Source: Chthoniobacterales bacterium (GTDB taxonomy: Bacteria > Verrucomicrobiota > Verrucomicrobiia > Chthoniobacterales > Chthoniobacteraceae). Taken from it: 64,000 nt of DNA. Positions 57,654 to 64,000 of this stretch are shown in pieces. Made by a program: the position numbers and the translations under genes. The first letter of the stretch is position 1; each line of letters starts with the position of its first letter. Under the pieces are notes generated by a model, which was given only the letters and a program-made list of their open reading frames with translations, did not search any database and was not told the DNA's origin. The stretch lies in NCBI GenBank assembly GCA_038207335.1, contig JBBQZX010000027.1, positions 19,427-83,426 on the forward strand, in the 5' to 3' direction.

Positions 57654-60600
57654 TCAGTGCTCGCTTTTGGGCTTCGCGTTTTTGAGCTTGGGAAGCGTTT
57701 GCAGCGTGGCGAGGTAGGCGACGACATCGCGCAGTTGGTGTCGGTTTAAGATCGCTCCCATCGGCGGCATCACGGAGAGCGCGGGGGTCTGCGCGGTGAT
57801 TTCTGCGTGCGAAATGCGGAGTTCTTTGCCGTCCGGCAGGCGAAGGCGCATCGCGTCTTTGTCGTCCTTGAGCAGCGTGCCGGCGAGAATTTCGCCGCCC
57901 TTTTTCGTCACAGTGACGAGCCCGAAGCCGGGAGCGATTTGCGCGCTGGGAGCGACGAGTGATTCGAGCAAATAACGGCGGTCGTGCCGCGAGGCGATGC
58001 CTTCGAGTGCCGGCCCGACTTCGCTGCCGGAGCCGGAGTCGAAGCGGTGACACGCGACGCAATTTGCCACCACGCTGCCGAGCGCGACCTCGCGGCCCGC
58101 CGCAGCATCGCCGCCTTCGAGACACTCGGCGAACGTGTCCACTGGGTCGCTTTTCGCGTCGCGGATCTTGAGAAAAGCATCGCGCCCGGCGGCAATATTC
58201 GGAGATGCGGTGGCGCGCACCTCGGCGGCTTCGAGCAAGTCGAGCCGCGTCGACAGTGGCACCGTGCGATCGGTGGTGAGCTGCGTGATGTTTTCCGCAA
58301 TGAACGCGTCAGCCTCTGGCATCGCGAGTATCGCGAGCACTTCCCACGCGGCTTGCTGCTCCGCAGTTTCACCCTCCACGGTTAGAGTGCGCGCGGTGGC
58401 GAGCGCGCGGGCTTTGTCGCGAGTGGCGAGGAGGCGGAGCGCTTCGGCTCGCAGCGGCGCGGGCTGCTTGCCTTTGGGAAGCGCAAGCCAGTCGCCGAGC
58501 ATGTGGCTGAGTTCGAGAGATGCGGGGTCTTGCGCGGCGAGGAGGCGCAGCGATTCGAGGCGCACGGCGGGCGCGATTTTTCCGTCGGCTATCACGGCGG
58601 CGAGCTGGGGGGCTGGGGCGTTGAGGCGGAATTTCAAAAGCACCTCCAAGCCGAGCGCGCGCAACCTCGGATCGTCGAGTGCAAGCAGCGCCGCGGCTTG
58701 CGTTTGAAGTGCAGCCCGGAGCGGTTCCGCGTCGCGCGTATCGAGCTTCCTATAGCGTCCGTCTGTATGATCAAGCAGCGGCGGCGCGATCCACATCGTG
58801 AGCTGCGCGAGCGCTTCCTCTCGCACTTGCGACGGCGCCCCGTGTTTGATCGCAAAGGCGGCGACGCGCACAGCGGCTTCCGGCGTGCCAATGCGGAAGT
58901 TCGCATTTACCGCGCGGCGCAGCGCGGGCTCGGAGCTGCCGTCGGGCGCTATGGTGAGCCATTCTGCGAGGAGCGGCAGTGCGTCTGGAATGCCGAGGTC
59001 GTCGTGGATCGCGATGGCAGCTTCCGCGGCGAGCGCGGGATCGGAGTCGGAGAGGAAATCAGCCACCGCGCGGTCGTGAGTCCGGGCCAGCGCGAGCAGT
59101 GAAACAAGCCGCAGTGTGCGGTCCGGCGACTTTGCGGCAGCCGCTAGGTCCGCGCTTTTTGCGCAGCCGGCGAGGCCCGTGACGAGCGCGTGTCGCATCC
59201 ACGGATCGGGCAGCCCGTCTTTGCGGATAACTGCGAGAAGGGGCGCGGCGGCATCGGTAGTTTTCAATCGCCCGGCGGCGAGCGCCGCTTGCAGCCGCAC
59301 GCGCGGATTCGTGTCACCGATAAGCGTCGCGATGGTGCTCGAAAATGCCGCCCCAGTCGGAGCTTCACCGAGAATCTTCGCGGTCTGCGTGCGCACTTCG
59401 GAATCCGCAGACCCAGCGAGCGCGATGAGCGCGGGCACGTCGTTCCATTTTCCCCATCGAAGCCCCTGGCCGAGTCCCCACACCGCATGGAGCCGCGCGA
59501 GCTGGGGTGCCTTTTCATCGCCAGAGGTGGTGAGCAACTCGCTCCACGCACCGCGCTTCACCAACTCGAATTGCGCGCCCTTTCGCAGCCGCACATCCGC
59601 GTGCCCGAGCAACTTACGCAGCGCGGGCGGAGTGAGTTTTTCAAATCCCTCGCGCAACCGCGCCTGCACCTCTGCGCGCAACGGATCGCGCGTGGCAGGC
59701 TCCGCATCGAGCGTCCAAACCGCGCCTTTTCCATCGAGCGGATAGCCGCCGATCCAGTCCGCGAAATAGAGCTTCCCTTCCGGTCCCCAGCTCATCCCGA
59801 TGCCCATGATACCACTCGAAATCGGCACATCCTCCGCGAGTCGCCATGCCGCGCCTGCGGACTCCAGTCGGAGCGCGTTCATTTTGCCGGATGGAAATTG
59901 ATCGAGGAAAAACCAGCCGCGCCAAGCGGGCGCGAGCGCCGTCCCGGGGTTGTAGGCAAAGCCCGCAGGGCCGTCGTGAGAGTTCACGATCGGTGGCGTG
60001 ATGAAGAGCGGCTGCAGCGGATTCTCCGGCTGCCAACGGCCCTCGCTCGTCCACGGACACCAGTCGCCTTTCATGAATTGGAAGCCGCAGCGCCAGCCCG
60101 AATCGCTTTGGTCTGTGATGAAAACGAGGCGCTCTTTTTCGCCGGGCTTGTCCGCGTCGTTGTCCACGCCAAAGAGGTCGCCGAGTTCATTGAAGTCCGT
60201 CTCCTGCACATTTCGCAGTCCGTGCGCGAAGACTTCGAAGTGCGAGCCATCCGGTTCGCATCGCAGCACGCAGCCTTGATTCGGATAGAAAAAATGGCGG
60301 CCTTCGCGCGAGGTGACGTTCACGCCCTTGTCCCCGATGCTCCAGTAAATGCGCCCATCCGGGCCGACGCGCAGCCCGTGCATGTCGTGTCCGGCGTAGG
60401 CGATGTGCAGCCCGAAGCCGTGCGCGATGCTCTCGCGGTTGTCGCTCTTGCCGTCGCCATTTTTATCCCCGAGCCGCCAGAGGTCCGGCGCGATGGTGGT
60501 GTAAACGCTGCCACCAAACGCGAGCACGCCGGCCGCGATGCCAGTCACCTCCGTGTTGAAAGTTTCTGCAAAAGTCGTGATCTGGTCGGCCTTGCCGTCG

Positions 60601-61010
60601 GCATTCGAGTCCACGAGCCGATAGATGCGCTCAGTCGGCACGGTGAGATCTTTCCAGTCGATCGTGCCGTCGCCGTTGGCGTCCGTCAGCGGTCCCTTAG
60701 GTTTCGGCCCGCCCGGCGGCAGTGCGCGGTGCAGGAACGCCTCTTTTTCCTCGATCGACGTGAGCGATTGGTCGTCTGGAATCCACTGCGTCCACTCGCG
60801 AATGTCGAGGTCACCGACTTTCCGGCGCGTCGTCGTGGAGACGAAAACGTGCCCTTGATCATCCACCGAGCACGCGACCGGGTCGGGCACATTGATGTCA
60901 GCGGACCATTTCTCCGCCGTGAGTTTTGGCCGGTCTTCGGCGTGTGAAAATGCGACGGCGAGGAGAGGCAGCGCGAAGCCGCCGAGGCGTAGGAGTTTCG
61001 AGGGAGTCAT
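57654..61010 (-). CDS. PVC-type heme-binding membrane-associated dehydrogenase-like protein (beta-propeller, HEAT repeats, cytochrome c)
   Basis: DxNxDG repeats, HDMHGL..GPDGRIY, FAHGLRN, HEAT repeats, GDAAAGR...CVACH..VGPAL..LLESLV.P, SVMPP. Confidence 0.9.
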   Translation of the reverse strand: MTPSKLLRLGGFALPLLAVAFSHAEDRPKLTAEKWSADINVPDPVACSVDDQGHVFVSTTTRRKVGDLDIREWTQWIPDDQSLTSIEEKEAFLHRALPPGGPKPKGPLTDANGDGTIDWKDLTVPTERIYRLVDSNADGKADQITTFAETFNTEVTGIAAGVLAFGGSVYTTIAPDLWRLGDKNGDGKSDNRESIAHGFGLHIAYAGHDMHGLRVGPDGRIYWSIGDKGVNVTSREGRHFFYPNQGCVLRCEPDGSHFEVFAHGLRNVQETDFNELGDLFGVDNDADKPGEKERLVFITDQSDSGWRCGFQFMKGDWCPWTSEGRWQPENPLQPLFITPPIVNSHDGPAGFAYNPGTALAPAWRGWFFLDQFPSGKMNALRLESAGAAWRLAEDVPISSGIMGIGMSWGPEGKLYFADWIGGYPLDGKGAVWTLDAEPATRDPLRAEVQARLREGFEKLTPPALRKLLGHADVRLRKGAQFELVKRGAWSELLTTSGDEKAPQLARLHAVWGLGQGLRWGKWNDVPALIALAGSADSEVRTQTAKILGEAPTGAAFSSTIATLIGDTNPRVRLQAALAAGRLKTTDAAAPLLAVIRKDGLPDPWMRHALVTGLAGCAKSADLAAAAKSPDRTLRLVSLLALARTHDRAVADFLSDSDPALAAEAAIAIHDDLGIPDALPLLAEWLTIAPDGSSEPALRRAVNANFRIGTPEAAVRVAAFAIKHGAPSQVREEALAQLTMWIAPPLLDHTDGRYRKLDTRDAEPLRAALQTQAAALLALDDPRLRALGLEVLLKFRLNAPAPQLAAVIADGKIAPAVRLESLRLLAAQDPASLELSHMLGDWLALPKGKQPAPLRAEALRLLATRDKARALATARTLTVEGETAEQQAAWEVLAILAMPEADAFIAENITQLTTDRTVPLSTRLDLLEAAEVRATASPNIAAGRDAFLKIRDAKSDPVDTFAECLEGGDAAAGREVALGSVVANCVACHRFDSGSGSEVGPALEGIASRHDRRYLLESLVAPSAQIAPGFGLVTVTKKGGEILAGTLLKDDKDAMRLRLPDGKELRISHAEITAQTPALSVMPPMGAILNRHQLRDVVAYLATLQTLPKLKNAKPKSEH

Positions 61011-61279
61011 GGGAATCGGAGGAGCGTCACTTCACCCCATCCTCGCAAAGCGTGGCGAGCATTCCCGCGCGTCGCGACTGCGCGGTGATCTGGGGAGAGA
61101 AGCGCGGCGGACTGCCGTGGACGATCTGCGCCACGATCTCGCAGGTGATTCGGGCAAAGCTACGACGACCCGCAACTGTTATTTATACCTGCGTTCTTGG
61201 ATTCCTGCTTAAGCCAAACGTCTGCGCTTTCGCCGATGCGGAGTTGGAACTGCTGCGCGGTCTCGGACATGTTTCTCAA

Positions 61280-61636
61280 ATGAACTCCACTTCAGCCTTC
61301 CGCATCTCCGCGTGTTTCGGATTCGCCGCGGTAGCACTTGGCGCATTCGGCGCGCATTCGCTGAAGCCTTTGCTGCTGGAAAATCAGACGCTGCCGGCAT
61401 GGGAATCCGCCGCGCATTACCACCTCATCCACTCGGTCGTGCTGCTGCTCATCGCGACTCGCGAGCCGCTTTGGAAAAGGACTTGGCTGCTCTTCGCCGC
61501 CGGAATCGTGATTTTCAGCGGCAGCCTCTACACGCTAGCGCTGACGAATGTGAAATGGCTGGGCGCGATTACGCCGCTCGGCGGCCTCGCATTCCTCGTC
61601 GGCTGGCTCGCGATGGCGCTTCGCAAGCGGAATTAA
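61280..61636 (+). CDS. DUF423 (YgdD/TMEM256) membrane protein
   Basis: VALGAFGAH, YHLIH, FSGSLY, LGAITPLGG. Confidence 0.9.
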   Translation: MNSTSAFRISACFGFAAVALGAFGAHSLKPLLLENQTLPAWESAAHYHLIHSVVLLLIATREPLWKRTWLLFAAGIVIFSGSLYTLALTNVKWLGAITPLGGLAFLVGWLAMALRKRN

Positions 61637-61702
61637 ACCACGAAGTCGCGAAGTGCGGTGACGGAAAGATCGTGCCAGCCCGTCCTTCGTGCCCTCGTGG
61701 TT
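61636..61702. repeat. Second AACCACGAAG-type inverted repeat
   Basis: AACCACGAAGTCGCGAAG ... CTTCGTGCCCTCGTGGTT. Confidence 0.7.
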
Positions 61703-61759
61703 CAAAATGCATCTTCGCTTCCCATTTTCCTCCGCGCATCGATAGGCTCCGCGCCCCAC

Positions 61760-62476
61760 ATGGCCAGCGAATACAAAGTCAAACTCGAGGTCTTCGAGGG
61801 CCCGCTCGACCTGCTTCTTTACCTCATCAAAAAAGACGAGGTCGATGTCTATGACATCTCCATCGAGCGCATCACGCAGCAGTATCTCGAGTTCATGGAC
61901 GCGTTCAAAGTCCTCGATCTCGAGGTCGCTGGGGAATTCGTCGTGATGGCCGCGAATCTCATCTACATCAAGAGCAGGAGCCTGCTCCCGGTGCATGTGC
62001 AGCCGCCGGAGGAGGAGGTCGAAGAGGACGACCCGCGCTGGGAACTCGTGCGGCAGCTCGTGGAATACAAGAAATTCAAGGACGCCGCGGCGCAGCTCGG
62101 GAGGCGTGAATTCGAGCAGTCAAACATGTTCACTCGTCTGCCCGAGGCCGAGCCCGCGCCGGAACGGCCACTCGGCGACGTAAGCGTTTTCGATCTCATC
62201 AATGCTTTCAACGGCATCCTCAAGCGGCTGAATCAGCGCGAGGATTTGCGCGAGATTTTCGAGGAAAACCATACCGTCTCCGACAAGATCGATTTGATCA
62301 TGAAAATGATGGCATCCGGGGTGGCGCTGAAATTCACGGAACTCTTTGCCAGCGCGGCTTCGCGGACGGAAATCGTCGTCACATTCCTCGCGCTGCTAGA
62401 GCTGATCCGGCTGAAGCAAATCAAGGCCGTTCAGGATGGAGCTTTTGGGGAGATCGAACTTCAGCAGGCTTCGTAA
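61760..62476 (+). CDS. scpA: Segregation and condensation protein A
   Basis: FEGPLDLLLYLI, AGEFVVMAA..IKSR.LLP, IVVTFLALLEL. Confidence 0.95.
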   Translation: MASEYKVKLEVFEGPLDLLLYLIKKDEVDVYDISIERITQQYLEFMDAFKVLDLEVAGEFVVMAANLIYIKSRSLLPVHVQPPEEEVEEDDPRWELVRQLVEYKKFKDAAAQLGRREFEQSNMFTRLPEAEPAPERPLGDVSVFDLINAFNGILKRLNQREDLREIFEENHTVSDKIDLIMKMMASGVALKFTELFASAASRTEIVVTFLALLELIRLKQIKAVQDGAFGEIELQQAS

Positions 62477-62477
62477 A

Positions 62478-63206
62478 ATGACGCTTAAGCAAGTCATCGA
62501 GGCGCTCGTCTTCGCTTCGCCGAAACCGATCTCAACGCGCGAAATCATCGCCGCGCTGAAGGCGGCGGGAGAGGGGACTGAAGACCAATTTCAGCGCGAC
62601 TACGCCACCGCGAGGGAGCCACAAATCGCGGCGGAACTTGCACAGTTGCAGGTCGATTACATCCAGACCGCACGCGCGTTTCAGCTCGTCGAGCAGGCAA
62701 GTGGGTGGGCGCTCGTGAGTGAGTCCGCAGCGGGGCCATGGGTTCGCCAGCTTTATCCTGAGGCCAAGCCGACGCGCCTCACCGGCCCGCAGCTCGAGAC
62801 GCTCGCGATCGTGGCTTACCGGCAACCGGTGACGCGCGCCGACATCGAGGCTGTGCGCGGCGTAGCCGTCGATGGCGTGATGCAAGTCCTGCTCGATCGC
62901 GGACTTGTGAAAATCGCAGGCCGCGCGGAAGTTCCCGGTCGCCCGCTGCTTTACAACACCACCGAATATTTCCTCCAGCACTTCGGCCTGAGGAATACCG
63001 ACGAACTGCCGAACTCCGGCGAACTCCGCCGCATCCCGCTCCCCACAGCACCCGTGCCCGAACCGAAGCCGACACCCGAACCAGCGCCTGAGCAACCCGA
63101 GCTCCCTGCCCCCGAAACCGTTTCCCCACAGGATTCCGAGCGCGTCGAAGCACCCGCTGAACCCGAGCCGCCAGAGCCCGAGAAGCCGCCACTTTTCACC
63201 GAATGA
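62478..63206 (+). CDS. scpB: Segregation and condensation protein B with a Pro/Glu-rich tail
   Basis: IEALVFAS, LETLAIVAYRQPVTRADIEAVRGV, GRPLLY.TT..FL..FGL. Confidence 0.95.
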   Translation: MTLKQVIEALVFASPKPISTREIIAALKAAGEGTEDQFQRDYATAREPQIAAELAQLQVDYIQTARAFQLVEQASGWALVSESAAGPWVRQLYPEAKPTRLTGPQLETLAIVAYRQPVTRADIEAVRGVAVDGVMQVLLDRGLVKIAGRAEVPGRPLLYNTTEYFLQHFGLRNTDELPNSGELRRIPLPTAPVPEPKPTPEPAPEQPELPAPETVSPQDSERVEAPAEPEPPEPEKPPLFTE

Positions 63207-64000
63207 CTCTTCCCGAAATCCGCAAACACATCGACGCGATTGACGAACAACTCGTCCGCCTGCTGAACGAACGCGCCGATTTCGTGCATGAAGTGGGGCA
63301 GGTGAAAAAGGCGGAGGGCACGTCGATTTACGCGCCGGAACGGGAGGAGAAAGTGCTTCGCTCGCTGTTGGAAAAGAACCGCGCGCAGGGCGGGCGGATG
63401 CCGGAGAAAGCGGTCCGCGCGATTTACCGCGAGATCATGTCGGCGTCGCTCGCACTCGAGAAAGACCTGACGATTGCCTATCTCGGTCCGGAGGCGACCT
63501 ACACGCATCAGGCGGCGCGGAGCAAATTCGGTGCGAGCGTAAACTACGCGGCGCAAGTGAACATCGCGGACGTGTTCGACCGAGTCGCGCGCGGGCAGGC
63601 CGACTACGGCGTCGTGCCCATCGAGAATTCCACCGAAGGCGCCGTGAATCACACACTCGATGTCTTCATGGAAAGCGACCTCCGCATCTGCGCGCAAATT
63701 CTTTTGAAGATCGAAAATAACCTCATCTCCAAAATCCCACGCGGCGAGATTCGCAAAGTCTATAGCCACCCGCAGGTCTTCGGGCAGTGCCGCAACTGGC
63801 TGCGAAACCACCTCGCAGGCGTCGATCACATCGAGGTTTCCAGCACTACCCGCGCGGCCGAACTTGCCGCCAGCGAACCTCACGCCGCAGCGCTCGCCGG
63901 TCGAATGGCTGCGGAAGTTTATGGCCTCGAAATCCTCGACGCCTCGATCCAAGACAGCCCAAACAACGCTACGCGCTTCCTTGTGATCGGACACGCCGCG
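63203..64000 (+). CDS. pheA: Chorismate mutase / prephenate dehydratase P-protein (3' truncated by window; absent from the ORF track)
   Basis: Manual translation MTLPEIRKHIDAIDEQLVRLLNER...YAPERE...IAYLGPEATYTHQAA...GVVPIENSTEG...YSHPQVFGQC...NATRFLVIG; ATGA overlap with scpB. Confidence 0.93.
   Translation, partial: MTLPEIRKHIDAIDEQLVRLLNERADFVHEVGQVKKAEGTSIYAPEREEKVLRSLLEKNRAQGGRMPEKAVRAIYREIMSASLALEKDLTIAYLGPEATYTHQAARSKFGASVNYAAQVNIADVFDRVARGQADYGVVPIENSTEGAVNHTLDVFMESDLRICAQILLKIENNLISKIPRGEIRKVYSHPQVFGQCRNWLRNHLAGVDHIEVSSTTRAAELAASEPHAAALAGRMAAEVYGLEILDASIQDSPNNATRFLVIGHAA

Noticed and set aside
63050..63200. Tandem-like repeats at the scpB 3' end
   Set aside because: They encode a Pro/Glu-rich disordered tail, common in ScpB
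1..64000. CRISPR array, rRNA, IS element or prophage
   Set aside because: No regularly spaced direct repeats, rRNA motifs, transposase or phage genes were recognised

Overview
High-GC chromosomal window. Gene content (PSD1/planctomycete cytochrome c + DUF1501, PVC-type heme-binding dehydrogenase, ECF sigma/FecR-LamG pair, NDPVNLMSYV-type ClpS) points to the PVC superphylum, most likely Verrucomicrobiota (inference). It holds about 50 CDSs, mostly housekeeping, envelope and signalling genes (resB/ccsA, ybeY, clpS, RND pump, tolB-pal, glf, thiG, hom-thrC, tatD, sigma factors, speA, HU, cls, kinases, scpAB, pheA), one tRNA-Leu(GAG), and several REP-like intergenic palindromes. No integrase, transposase, CRISPR array or rRNA was recognised. 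Most notable: (1) a TPR protein ending in a stand-alone DnaK/Hsp70 substrate-binding beta-sandwich with no ATPase domain or lid; (2) a split Pup/UBact-type locus (ARC ATPase lacking the GQYL/HbYX tail, plus Dop) with no tag, ligase or proteasome gene in view; (3) kb-scale C-rich/G-rich strand-skew blocks that ignore gene orientation and flip near palindromes; (4) a heme-c protein in the position upstream of YfiR and a two-kinase relay. All family calls come from motif recognition by eye, not from database searches.
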